Position numbers and translations under genes: made by a program
Assembly (NCBI GenBank): GCA_029856045.1
Contig: JAHQWG010000046.1
Span: 32,001 to 96,000 of the forward strand
From: Promethearchaeia archaeon
GTDB lineage: Archaea > Asgardarchaeota > Lokiarchaeia > Sigyniarchaeales > SOKP01
Length of the DNA: 64,000 bases
Reading direction: 5' to 3'
In this document: positions 10,755-20,878 of the stretch, piece after piece
Layout of the letters: every line of letters starts with the position of its first letter
How positions within the stretch are numbered: position 1 is the stretch's first letter
Notes under the pieces: generated by a model
The model's input: the letters and a program-made list of their open reading frames with translations, nothing else
What the model was told of the DNA's origin: nothing
Databases searched by the model: none

Positions 10755-10992
10755 ATAATTATACTCAAGTCTTTAAGCATATTAAATTAATAATATATTT
10801 AATTCAATAAACAAATAAAATATTCTTAAATTTCATCTTTATATTTGGTTAATCTGGTTTGTTATTATATTGGAAAAAAGGGATTTTAACAAAATCTCCG
10901 AGATTATAGAAATTTCTGAGAAATTTGCAAATTTTATTTGATATTAATTATTTTAGTTGTATAAGGAAATTATAATGACTCCGTTTTGAAAA

Positions 10993-12483
10993 ATGACTGT
11001 AAATAATGTTGAAGATCCATCAAAAGAACATTTTTTGTATTCAATTTTAAATCCGAAAAGCTTATGCTTTTTTGGTGCGAATAATAATTTACTTAAGACG
11101 ATGGGCTCATTTCAATTATGGAATATTATTACTGAAGGTTTTAAAGGAAATATATATCCAATTCATCTGAGAGAAGAGAGAGTTTTAGGATTAAAAGCAT
11201 ATAAATCAGTATTAGACTTACCAGAGATTCCAGATTTGGCAATGATTGTTATACCTACGAGTCATATTCCTAAAGTAATGGAAGAATGTGGTCAAAAGGG
11301 CATAAAGCAATTGATAATAACATCTGGAGGTTTTCGTGAAATTGGTCCCGAGGGGAAGAGGTTTTCTCAACAAATAGATGAAATTGCTGGAAAATATAAT
11401 ATGAGGTTTATTGGTCCTAATTGTTTAGGAGTCTATAATGGTTGGTATCAACCAGAAAATGATAAAAACAAACTTAATACATTTTGGATTTATAAATTAC
11501 CAGAAAGAGGGACAATTTCAATAGCCAGTCAATCCGGTACTGTAGCATCTCATTTATTCTGGTATGCTGAAGACATTGGGACTAAAATAGGTCAATCAAT
11601 TTCTTTAGGGAATTCAAATAATATTGATATCGTGGATTGCTTAGAATATTTCAAAAATGACCCTCATACAGATGTGATAGGGTTATATATTGAAGAGATA
11701 AAGCATGGTAAAGAGTTTATAAGTATAGCAAAAGAAATAACTCCAAAAAAGCCAATTGTTGCAATTTATGCGGGTGGGACTGAAGCAGCATTTAGAGCGA
11801 TTGGTAGTCATACGGGGTCAATTGCTGGTAATGATATTATTTATGAAACTGTGTTCAAAGAAACTGGAATTATATCAACAACTTCGGTAACAAATTTCTT
11901 GCACTATTTAAGAGTGTTATCTCATGGTATATTTCCAAAAGGGAATAGAATTGCTATTATTTCAGATTCTGGGGGTGCCAGTGCAATGATGGCAAAATCT
12001 ACAGAAAGATATGGATTACAAGTTCCTGAATTTTCGAATAAATTACAATCTGAAATAAGCAAGGTTTTAAGTGATATCTCATATCCAAATAATCCTGTAG
12101 ATTTAACATTTAATTTAAATCAATATAATCTATACATTAAAGTACCAAAATTACTGATGAAATCTGGAGAAATCGATGGGATTATGATTTACGGTGCATT
12201 TGGTATTGATGAATTTATTGAAGTTATGGAAAAAGCGGGATTTAACACGGATTTTTTTTCGGAATTGGGAACTTCTATGTCGGGAGTTTATTTAAAACCA
12301 ATTCGGAAATTATCGCGTAAATATTCTATTCCTATATTTTATGTGGGACCACAAGGTTATTCCGACCGTTGGATAAGAGAATTTATTGCTTTAGATATGC
12401 CAATATTTGATTTATGGGATCTTCCTGCAAAATGCATGAAAATTCTCTGTCAATATTCCCAATATCGTCAAAAAGTTGTTTGA
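10993..12483 (+). CDS. ADP-forming acyl-CoA synthetase, alpha (CoA-binding) subunit
   Basis: ITSGGFRE, IGPNCLG, SQSGT, SHTGSIAG phospho-His loop, NNPVDLT. Confidence 0.9.
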   Translation: MTVNNVEDPSKEHFLYSILNPKSLCFFGANNNLLKTMGSFQLWNIITEGFKGNIYPIHLREERVLGLKAYKSVLDLPEIPDLAMIVIPTSHIPKVMEECGQKGIKQLIITSGGFREIGPEGKRFSQQIDEIAGKYNMRFIGPNCLGVYNGWYQPENDKNKLNTFWIYKLPERGTISIASQSGTVASHLFWYAEDIGTKIGQSISLGNSNNIDIVDCLEYFKNDPHTDVIGLYIEEIKHGKEFISIAKEITPKKPIVAIYAGGTEAAFRAIGSHTGSIAGNDIIYETVFKETGIISTTSVTNFLHYLRVLSHGIFPKGNRIAIISDSGGASAMMAKSTERYGLQVPEFSNKLQSEISKVLSDISYPNNPVDLTFNLNQYNLYIKVPKLLMKSGEIDGIMIYGAFGIDEFIEVMEKAGFNTDFFSELGTSMSGVYLKPIRKLSRKYSIPIFYVGPQGYSDRWIREFIALDMPIFDLWDLPAKCMKILCQYSQYRQKVV

Positions 12484-12590
12484 TTTGATTTTCAATTTGA
12501 TTAATTTGTTCAATAATTAATTAAATTTTTAAATATAAGTTGTGTAAAATTATTAATATTAATTTTAATTATTAACAAATTTGATAAACA

Positions 12591-14381
12591 ATGAGTGATG
12601 AAATTAAAGAATATTGGATGGAAAATTGGCCAAAAGAAGTGCCAAGACATATAGATTATGACGAGATTTCATTAGGAGAACTCCTAAGAAGAACATCTAC
12701 TAAATATCCCGATTCAAATGCAATATATTTTGAAGGTTTCCGAATGACATATAAAGAACTTGATGAGGCAGTTGATAAATTCGCAACTGGTTTATCTAAA
12801 TTAGGTATTAAGGAAGATGATGTGGTGCTTATCGATTTGCCAAATATGCCCCAATTTGTGATATGTTTTTACGCAGTTGCTCGTCTTGGTGCTATAGCAA
12901 ATCCCATAATTCCATTAAACCGTTTTACAGAGATTTTACATCAGGCAAATGATTCAAAAGGAAAAGTATTGATAATACTTGATATATTATTTGAAGAGCA
13001 TCTTGAAGGTAAAGATTTAAGCAAAATGGAAAATTTAGAACATATAATTATTACAGGAGTAGCAGAATATCTGCCAAAAATTAAGGCAAAATTAGGAACT
13101 CTGTTAGGAAAAGTGCCAAGAATGAAAAATTGGCCTGAGCAAGTTGAAGATATTAAATGTCATAAATTTCAGGACATTTTACAAAATGGTACTCCAATAA
13201 ATATACCCGCAATAAAAATAAATCCAAAGGAGGATATTGGTGTTTTAATTTATACTGGTGGAACTACTGGTTTACCCAAAGGTGTGATGTTATCTCATTA
13301 CAATCTAACAGTAAATGCTGAACAAGGAAATACTTGGGCGACAAAACAATTACCAGAATTAGAGGACACTCCTGGAATAGGTGGTATGGTTGTTATTTTA
13401 CCCCTAGCACATCTTTTTGCTTTATCAGTTGCAATGAATATTGGTATTTTTATGGGATACCAATTAATTCTTTTTATAACGCCACCAAAGGAAAAAATGT
13501 CAAAGATATTGGATATTATCAAAAAAGAAAAAGCTACATTTATCCCGGGAGTCCCAACTCTTTGGAACGCAATTAATTTAGACCCGAACTCTAGTAATTA
13601 TAAAAATAAGCTCACTTCATTTATTGCATGTTTGAGTGGGGCAGCGCCTTTACCTGCTGAAGTTAAACATAAATTTGAAGAATTAACAGGTTCCTTAATA
13701 ATTGAAGGATTCGGCATGAGTGAAACGAGTCCCATATTAACTGTCACCCCTTTTCCCCCATTATATCGCACGAATACAGTCGGCTTTCCTGTGAGTGATA
13801 CATTAATAAAGATTGTCGACGTTGAAACTGGCACTAAAATATTGCCTCAATGTCCTCATACAGAGCCATATTGTACAGAGAAGTGCGGAATTGAAGAATC
13901 AGAGAGATATATTGGTGAAATATGTGGTAATGGTCCACAAGTTATGTTGGGTTATTATAATCGAGAAGAAGCAACTAAAAATGCACTTCGAAAAGATTCG
14001 AAAGATAGAGTATGGTATTTCACGAGCGATATTGGTTGCATAGACGGAGAAGGACACCTACGTATTAAGGATCGAAAACGGGATATGATAAAATATAAAG
14101 GACATGCTGTTTTCCCAAGAGAAGTAGAGGATATACTTTACATGAATCCCGCTGTGAATGAAGTTGGAGTTGTTGGAGTTCCAGACCCTGATGTGGGTGA
14201 AAATATCAAGGCATTTATATCTTTAAAAGAAGAATATGTTGGCAAGGTTACAAAAGAAGATTTAATGGAATGGGCTAAGGAAAATATCTCAGCCTTTAAA
14301 TATCCAAGGATTATAGAAGTTGTAGAAGAATTGCCAAAATCGGTAGTAGGCAAAATTCTCAGAAGAGAATTAAGAGAATAA
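12591..14381 (+). CDS. Long-chain fatty acid--CoA ligase
   Basis: YTGGTTGLPKG, EGFGMSET, DRKRDMIKYKG, LPKSVVGKILRR. Confidence 0.94.
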   Translation: MSDEIKEYWMENWPKEVPRHIDYDEISLGELLRRTSTKYPDSNAIYFEGFRMTYKELDEAVDKFATGLSKLGIKEDDVVLIDLPNMPQFVICFYAVARLGAIANPIIPLNRFTEILHQANDSKGKVLIILDILFEEHLEGKDLSKMENLEHIIITGVAEYLPKIKAKLGTLLGKVPRMKNWPEQVEDIKCHKFQDILQNGTPINIPAIKINPKEDIGVLIYTGGTTGLPKGVMLSHYNLTVNAEQGNTWATKQLPELEDTPGIGGMVVILPLAHLFALSVAMNIGIFMGYQLILFITPPKEKMSKILDIIKKEKATFIPGVPTLWNAINLDPNSSNYKNKLTSFIACLSGAAPLPAEVKHKFEELTGSLIIEGFGMSETSPILTVTPFPPLYRTNTVGFPVSDTLIKIVDVETGTKILPQCPHTEPYCTEKCGIEESERYIGEICGNGPQVMLGYYNREEATKNALRKDSKDRVWYFTSDIGCIDGEGHLRIKDRKRDMIKYKGHAVFPREVEDILYMNPAVNEVGVVGVPDPDVGENIKAFISLKEEYVGKVTKEDLMEWAKENISAFKYPRIIEVVEELPKSVVGKILRRELRE

Positions 14382-14704
14382 CAACTTTATTTTTTCCTTT
14401 TTTTTATTTTTAACGCTTTTGTAAAAGTCATAATTCTCTTTTACAATATTCACATATTTTATTTAATATAAGTAGTTTATTTATTCTTAACATAAATATT
14501 TCTAAAATAAGATTCTTTTACGGTCTTTACAATAATTATAATTGAGTTAAGATAACATATAATGTTTGGATAAAATTTATTAAAGAAAAAATCGAATTAT
14601 TAAAGCTTTTAAATAACAATTAAACTTAAATTTTCTATAATACACATCAGTCTTGGAATTTTAACTATACATATTAATTTTAAATAAAGAGTTATTTTTT
14701 TTTA

Positions 14705-14730
14705 TTAGATATAACTAAAAGTTTTAAATA
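14705..14730 (+). promoter_or_regulatory. Candidate DtxR/MntR operator (TTAG-N6-CTAA) abutting the BRE/TATA box of the feo operon
   Basis: TTAG ATATAA CTAA at 14705-14718, then aaagTTTTAAATA about 30 bp before feoA. The operon encodes a DtxR-family regulator. Confidence 0.55.
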
Positions 14731-14761
14731 CTAGAAAAATTAAATATTAAATGGAGATACA

Positions 14762-15001
14762 TTGAATAAGATGATTACTTTAGATATTTTACAAAATAAT
14801 AAAGAAATTATTGTTCGCATGGTTCATGCTGGTTGGCGTGCAAAGACAAGATTAGCGAATCTTGGAATAGTCCCTGGTACTAAAGTGAAAAAATTAAGAT
14901 CCGCGCCGTTATTTGGTCCCGTTCAAATTAAAGTGAAAGGATCTGATTTAGTTATTGGAAGAGGATTAGCTAGAAAAATTTTAGGAGAACTGGTTTCATA
15001 A
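14762..15001 (+). CDS. feoA: Ferrous iron transport protein A
   Basis: RLANLGIVPG...APLFGPVQIKVKGSDLVIGRGLA; located upstream of feoB. Confidence 0.9.
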   Translation: MNKMITLDILQNNKEIIVRMVHAGWRAKTRLANLGIVPGTKVKKLRSAPLFGPVQIKVKGSDLVIGRGLARKILGELVS

Positions 15002-15138
15002 TTTAATGAGTATTAGATTAATAAAATAATCCATTTTTCCGTATCATATTTATAATATTAAATTCAAATTGATCTCCACTATATGAGTAATTTTAAAATA
15101 ATTTAAGTTAATTTTAGAAAAAAATAACATGATAAGAT

Positions 15139-17118
15139 TTGACAGAAAGAAAAATAATAAATATTGCATTAGCTGGAAATGCAAATGTAGGAAAATCGGT
15201 AATTTTTAATCAACTTACTGGAATGAAGCAGTGTATTGGAAATTGGCCAGGAAAGACTGTAGAGAAATGTGAAGGAAATCTAACTTTTTTAAATTATAAT
15301 TTTAATATAGTTGATCTTCCTGGAATTTACTCATTATCTACTTATTCAATCGAAGAGATTATTTCGAGGGAATTTTTAATTGGTGAAAATGTTGATTTAA
15401 TTATAAATGTAATAGATGGTACAAATCTAGAGAGAAATTTGTTTTTTACAGCCCAGCTGATTGGTTTAAAATTACCTATGATTATTGCGGTTAATCAAAT
15501 GGATTTAGTTAGAAAAAGAGACATAATGATAGACTTCAAAAAGCTAGAAGAATTATTCAAAGTACCAGTTATGCCTGTTATTGCGGTTCATGGTCGAGGG
15601 ATCCATGAATTATTAGAGAAAGCCATTATAATGTATGAAAATAGACTTCTAATACCTAATGAAGATATTTTTAAATTTGGCAAAGAAGTAGAAGATAAAG
15701 TTGAACAATTAATAAAAGAAATTGAAAATAACCAAAAGGAGTTAAGAAGTATAAAATATCCAACTAGGTTCTTGGCTGTTAAGATTTTAGAGGGAGATGA
15801 AGATTTAGTTAATAAAGTTAAGAAATTCAAACCAGAGATTATTCATCTTTCAAAGCAAGGTAGAAGCGAGCTTGAAGATTTACACGGAGAAGATATTACT
15901 ACGATTATTTCAGCAGAAATATACAATAAAATTCATGATATCATGCACCAATCGGTGATTAAAAGTCAAATACCGAAAAAAGTAACTTGGGCAGATAAAT
16001 TGGATCATATTACAACGCATTCGATATTTGGATATGCTATATTATTCCTTATTTTAATTTGTTCAATTTGGATAGTATTTACTATAGCTGAAATTTTAGG
16101 AGGATTAATTGACGGAATTTATGATTTTCTAACACCAATAGTATATGATTTATTTGGTGACACTATATGGACAAACATCTTCTGGGACGGAGGAATAGCA
16201 AGTTTATTTGGAGGGATAAGTGGAGTACTAATTATAGTTATACCTTTTTTCTTAATTATTGAGATTCTCCAAGACTCAGGTTATTTACCAAGAGCCGCTT
16301 TTATGATGGATAAAATGATGCATCAGCTAGGTGTGCACGGGAAAGCAATAATTCCATTAATTCTCGGTTTTGGATGTAATGTTCCGGCTTGCACCGGTTG
16401 TAGAATAATGGAAACTGAGAGAGAGAAAAGAATTACTGCATTTTTAACAACAATGATTCCTTGTGCAGCAGTTATGACCGTAGTCTTAGGATTGGTTGGC
16501 AGATATCTTGGATTTCAATATGTTGCAATTTTGTATGGAATAAATTTTGCAGTTATAATTTTATTTGGAAAAATTGCATCAAAAAAATTACCTGGAGAAA
16601 GTACTGAATTAATTATGGAGATGCATGAATTTAGAACGCCAAATGTAAAAGTTATTTTATTGCAAACATGGGTTAGAACTAAGGATTTTGTTTATACAGC
16701 GATGCCTTTAATAATTGTGCTTGGAATAATTATGGAGATCATGATAATGTTTAATTTATTAGTAACAATTAATGTAATTCTTTGGCCAATAACTGTATTA
16801 TGGTTAGGATTGCCAATAGAAACTGGTATTTTTTTAATTTATGGAATAGCAAGAAAAGAATTAACCCTTGTATTACTCGAAACTTTTGCACTTGAGATTT
16901 CAGGAATTCCATTAATTGAATTTATGACACAAATTCAAATGTTTGTATTTTCTCTAGTAACTATGTTATATATTCCATGTATTGCAACAATAATAGTATT
17001 AAAAAAAGAAACAGGTTGGAAATTTGCACTTAAAGTTGCACTCGCAGAAATCGGATTTGCAATTTTATTAGGAGGTATTGTTAATTGGGGGTACATTTTT
17101 ATAACCGGAGGAGGTTAA
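15139..17118 (+). CDS. feoB: Ferrous iron transporter FeoB
   Basis: GNANVGKS, GNWPGKTVE, DLPGIYSL, DSGYLPRAAF, GFGCNVPA, YIPCIAT. Confidence 0.97.
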   Translation: MTERKIINIALAGNANVGKSVIFNQLTGMKQCIGNWPGKTVEKCEGNLTFLNYNFNIVDLPGIYSLSTYSIEEIISREFLIGENVDLIINVIDGTNLERNLFFTAQLIGLKLPMIIAVNQMDLVRKRDIMIDFKKLEELFKVPVMPVIAVHGRGIHELLEKAIIMYENRLLIPNEDIFKFGKEVEDKVEQLIKEIENNQKELRSIKYPTRFLAVKILEGDEDLVNKVKKFKPEIIHLSKQGRSELEDLHGEDITTIISAEIYNKIHDIMHQSVIKSQIPKKVTWADKLDHITTHSIFGYAILFLILICSIWIVFTIAEILGGLIDGIYDFLTPIVYDLFGDTIWTNIFWDGGIASLFGGISGVLIIVIPFFLIIEILQDSGYLPRAAFMMDKMMHQLGVHGKAIIPLILGFGCNVPACTGCRIMETEREKRITAFLTTMIPCAAVMTVVLGLVGRYLGFQYVAILYGINFAVIILFGKIASKKLPGESTELIMEMHEFRTPNVKVILLQTWVRTKDFVYTAMPLIIVLGIIMEIMIMFNLLVTINVILWPITVLWLGLPIETGIFLIYGIARKELTLVLLETFALEISGIPLIEFMTQIQMFVFSLVTMLYIPCIATIIVLKKETGWKFALKVALAEIGFAILLGGIVNWGYIFITGGG

Positions 17119-17122
17119 TAAA

Positions 17123-17575
17123 TTGGAAAAAGTTGATAATCGGTTAAAAAAAATACCGGAGAGTCAGCAAAGATATCTCGACGGAATTTATCTAATTTCA
17201 AAGACCAAGAAGGCAGGTTGGGTTTCAAACAAAGAGATTAAAGAATTTTTAAAGGTGCAACCATCATCCGTAACAAATATGCTGCGTCAGTTAAAAGAAG
17301 GTGGGTATATATCATGGACACCAAGAAAAGGGATCAGACTTACTAAAGAGGGTAAAAAAGTCGCAATGAGATTAGAACAGATCGATTCTCTTTTAAGGGA
17401 TTTCTTTTCAACGATTTTAAAAATAAAAGATGAGGAATTAGTAAATTCTTTATCCTGCGATATTGAACACCATATCTTTGAGCAGGAGGAAATGGTTTAT
17501 CAAAACTTAAAAAAATTTATAGAAAATAAAGAAAAAATCCTTAAATTTTTGGAAGAATTAGATGACTCAGAGTAA
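17123..17575 (+). CDS. DtxR/MntR-family metal-dependent transcriptional regulator
   Basis: YLDGIY...VQPSSVTNML HTH, IRLTKEG, CDIEHH; follows feoB. Confidence 0.9.
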   Translation: MEKVDNRLKKIPESQQRYLDGIYLISKTKKAGWVSNKEIKEFLKVQPSSVTNMLRQLKEGGYISWTPRKGIRLTKEGKKVAMRLEQIDSLLRDFFSTILKIKDEELVNSLSCDIEHHIFEQEEMVYQNLKKFIENKEKILKFLEELDDSE

Positions 17576-17660
17576 TTCCTCCAATTTAGGATTCTATTAA
17601 ATTAAGATTTAAATACTAAATTACAATTTAAATATTTATGAAATTAAAAGGAAGATCTGT

Positions 17661-18419
17661 ATGACAGTAAATTTAGAAAAAAAGATTGAATATATAAAAA
17701 ATGCTTTTAAAAATTTTAAAAATTATATCGAGTTAGAAGATTTTAAGAATTATCTTTTTTTTACTCTAAATGCTCCAACAGGAATTATAATTACACCAAC
17801 TATGAATTTTGGGAAAAATCCGAATGTAACACTTGGGTACGATCCATTCAGAAAGATATATTTCACAAAACTCCAGACGAACTTATTTGTCAATTCTGAA
17901 ATAATTATTTATTATGCAAGCAAACCACTAACAGATAAATTAATTTTGAAAAAAGAGGACAAATTTTTTGATAATTATTTGACAGCAAATGAAAAAGAAA
18001 TTGCTTTCGCTGGGAGAGAAAAGTTTCTATTTATAAAAAAATCAACAGGAATCGAGAATGATAAAGAAAAAAGTAAAATTGAATTTGAAATAGATAATTA
18101 CTTTGATGAAATGGAAAGTTTTATTAGCTCAACCTCCCTTCCATTCATTTTTCTTTTAGAAGGAAGCACCAATGACGACCCAGATCTATTATTTACATTT
18201 AATATTAAACCATCTCTAAATTTATCAAATAAAATTGTATATTATATTGATTGCTTTTTAGATAAAGAGCAAAAATTAAGAGAGATTAATTATATCAAAC
18301 AAGATGAGAATTTGGAATTAACATTTATGAAGGATTTTAAAGATATTGGGCACTCTGAGCTATTTAAATCTATATTTGATTTGTTGCTTAAAATCAAATC
18401 TTTTAATATTCCAAGTTAA
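17661..18419 (+). CDS. Hypothetical protein
   Basis: 252-aa ORF with no recognised motif. Confidence 0.7.
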   Translation: MTVNLEKKIEYIKNAFKNFKNYIELEDFKNYLFFTLNAPTGIIITPTMNFGKNPNVTLGYDPFRKIYFTKLQTNLFVNSEIIIYYASKPLTDKLILKKEDKFFDNYLTANEKEIAFAGREKFLFIKKSTGIENDKEKSKIEFEIDNYFDEMESFISSTSLPFIFLLEGSTNDDPDLLFTFNIKPSLNLSNKIVYYIDCFLDKEQKLREINYIKQDENLELTFMKDFKDIGHSELFKSIFDLLLKIKSFNIPS

Positions 18420-18661
18420 TTTCAGTTTTCATCATATTTTTTCAAAAAATTTTTAATATATTAAATGGTTAATTTGGAAATATTTATGTGTTATTTATCA
18501 GACATGATTTATTCTTTAAAATTAGGAATTTTATTATTAATTTCTCATCTTCTATTAACCAATTAAGGTATATCGACATAAATATTTATATTAAATTAGG
18601 ATTTTAATAATATTTATATTAATTTCATTACAATAGTTGTTAAAATAACAGAGGTATGTGA

Positions 18662-18871
18662 ATGAGGATTATAACAATTAACCTTCCACACAGATATTTA
18701 GATGCTATTCAATGTTTAATAAAGCTAGGTTATTATCCCTCGCGAAGTGAAGCTATAAGAATAGCACTTCGTGAATTTTTGGGTAATGAGATAGAAATGT
18801 TTTCGAAACTAGAGAAAGGTTATTTTGAAAAGATGAAAAGAGCTCAATTGCAATCAATGATTGAATTATAA
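18662..18871 (+). CDS. Ribbon-helix-helix (CopG-like) transcriptional regulator
   Basis: MRIITINLP...YPSRSEAIRIALREFL; GAGGT SD upstream. Confidence 0.88.
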   Translation: MRIITINLPHRYLDAIQCLIKLGYYPSRSEAIRIALREFLGNEIEMFSKLEKGYFEKMKRAQLQSMIEL

Positions 18872-18910
18872 GAACAGCAAAATTAATCATTTTTTATTTT
18901 ATTTTTTATT

Positions 18911-19771
18911 TTATAAGAATTGCAAAAATTCTCCTACTTTATTTTTAATTTTTTTAACAATCTTTGGATCATATTTTCTGGCGATATATTCCCTTAATGC
19001 GGTAAGATGATCGTTTGAAATTTTCGGTTGCATTAGTTCATCTGAGAGTTTGGCAATTAAATCGACATCATAAATATTTTTTACTTGTTTTAAAAGATCG
19101 ACAATTTTATTTGCTTGAATAAGAAATTTTTCAATTTCCTTTTTAATAATAATGTTTTGACCTTGAACATCTATAATGTCAAGAGCCTTTTTGACAATTT
19201 CCTCTTCAAATTTTAATTTACTTCTCCATGGACTCTGAATAACAATGCCTGATGGATCAATTAATAGTGATTTATCTTCTGTTAATTCTATCGCATCATA
19301 AGTCTTAAATTCAATAGAAGATATATTACCTGTCTTATTTAATTGAGTAGGTATGAATTTAGGAAATAATTCATTTATAGAGTCTGTTAAATCAGGAATT
19401 TCTTTTCGTATTAAAATATATATTGGATAATTAAAAATATACCCATGAAGGAGATTATAAAGAATATATGTACCCCATTTCTTAAGAATATCATTTATTG
19501 AAAATTTTGTAATAATTTCTTCAGTAATTTCTACTTCTTCCTCCTCAATAGGCATATCGAATTGAAAATCAATTTTTTCATACCCTTTAACTATGGCATT
19601 ATTATCTAGAAATAGAATAAATGGATGTTTATCGCATACCAATCCCTTAGAAACTTGGACTTTTATGTTTCCAAATTTTTTTTGTTGAAATAATGTTTGA
19701 GGGAGTTTTATTATTTTTTCGGAAGAACACATAGGACATTTAACATTAATTTCTTTATACTGTCCAGACAT
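18911..19771 (-). CDS. Hypothetical protein with N-terminal zinc-ribbon-like motif
   Basis: CPMC...VCDKH near the N-terminus. Confidence 0.75.
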   Translation of the reverse strand: MSGQYKEINVKCPMCSSEKIIKLPQTLFQQKKFGNIKVQVSKGLVCDKHPFILFLDNNAIVKGYEKIDFQFDMPIEEEEVEITEEIITKFSINDILKKWGTYILYNLLHGYIFNYPIYILIRKEIPDLTDSINELFPKFIPTQLNKTGNISSIEFKTYDAIELTEDKSLLIDPSGIVIQSPWRSKLKFEEEIVKKALDIIDVQGQNIIIKKEIEKFLIQANKIVDLLKQVKNIYDVDLIAKLSDELMQPKISNDHLTALREYIARKYDPKIVKKIKNKVGEFLQFL

Positions 19772-19960
19772 AATTTAGGATTTGTATTTTAAAATAAAAT
19801 ACAATTTATATTAACTAGTAGAATAAATAATTATTTATTGATTTTGAAATAAAATTATTATTATTTCAAATATGAATATAATCATGAGGATCTCTAACTT
19901 AAGTATTAAAGAGTTAATAATTCCATATTTGCTATTTGAGATTAAAAAAGAGGGTAGAAA

Positions 19961-20857
19961 TTGAGGTTTGGAATCCAACCAGTTAGTTTTCATAGTGTTA
20001 TTGGACAAATGAAAGATTCGAGAAATGTTTTGAAATTCGATTTTACTAAGATTGTTATAGATGCAGTCAAACGAGGTTATAGACATATTGAACTTACTCT
20101 TGACATGCATTACGTGTTACCCGAAGTATTTCAGAAAAAAGATATTGAAAATTTAATAGAAATCAAAGAAGAGCATAATATATCTTATTCGGTGCATCTT
20201 CCACTTTGGTCGATTGAACCAAGTAGTCCAAATCGTTATATTAGAAAAGGATCAACTGACTGTTTGATAGATGCAGTAAAGATGGCTGAACCATTAGATC
20301 CGGAAGTATATGTTTTACATGCAACTGGGGCATTAGCAGCAGAATTTTCACGTATAGAAATACCTGAACGATATAAAAAAATTGTATTAAACATGATTTC
20401 TGATTATGGAGTGAGTGCAATAAATCGTATGATTAAAGAAACGAATTTGGATCCAAGTAAACTTGCCCTTGAAACGATAGAATTCCCTCTTGAAAATACA
20501 CTTGACCAAATCAAGAAGATTAAAGGTGTAAAATTATGTATTGATACGGGACATGTTTTAGCGAAATATCCTGGTGATTATGACTTATTTGAACTCACTA
20601 AAAAATATATAGATATTACCAGTGAATTTCATTTACATGATGGATATAATTTTCCTAACAGAATAAAGGGTAAAAAAATAGAAGATCATATTGCTTTGGG
20701 TGAAGGAGAATTGCCAATAAAATTTTTAAAACTGTTATATGAGAAGCATTTTCAAGGACCCATTGTTTTTGAATTAAATTTTAATCAAGCAAGAAAGTCT
20801 TTAGAATTTATAAGAAAACATGTACCAGAAATTGATATTGATTTTAATGACCAATAA
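19961..20857 (+). CDS. TIM-barrel metalloenzyme (AP endonuclease 2/xylose isomerase-like; possibly CbiR-like)
   Basis: SVHLP, LALETI, CIDTGH, FHLHD, DHIALGEG, IVFE metal ligands. Confidence 0.8.
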   Translation: MRFGIQPVSFHSVIGQMKDSRNVLKFDFTKIVIDAVKRGYRHIELTLDMHYVLPEVFQKKDIENLIEIKEEHNISYSVHLPLWSIEPSSPNRYIRKGSTDCLIDAVKMAEPLDPEVYVLHATGALAAEFSRIEIPERYKKIVLNMISDYGVSAINRMIKETNLDPSKLALETIEFPLENTLDQIKKIKGVKLCIDTGHVLAKYPGDYDLFELTKKYIDITSEFHLHDGYNFPNRIKGKKIEDHIALGEGELPIKFLKLLYEKHFQGPIVFELNFNQARKSLEFIRKHVPEIDIDFNDQ

Positions 20858-20878
20858 AAAAAGAATTAAGATGTTATT

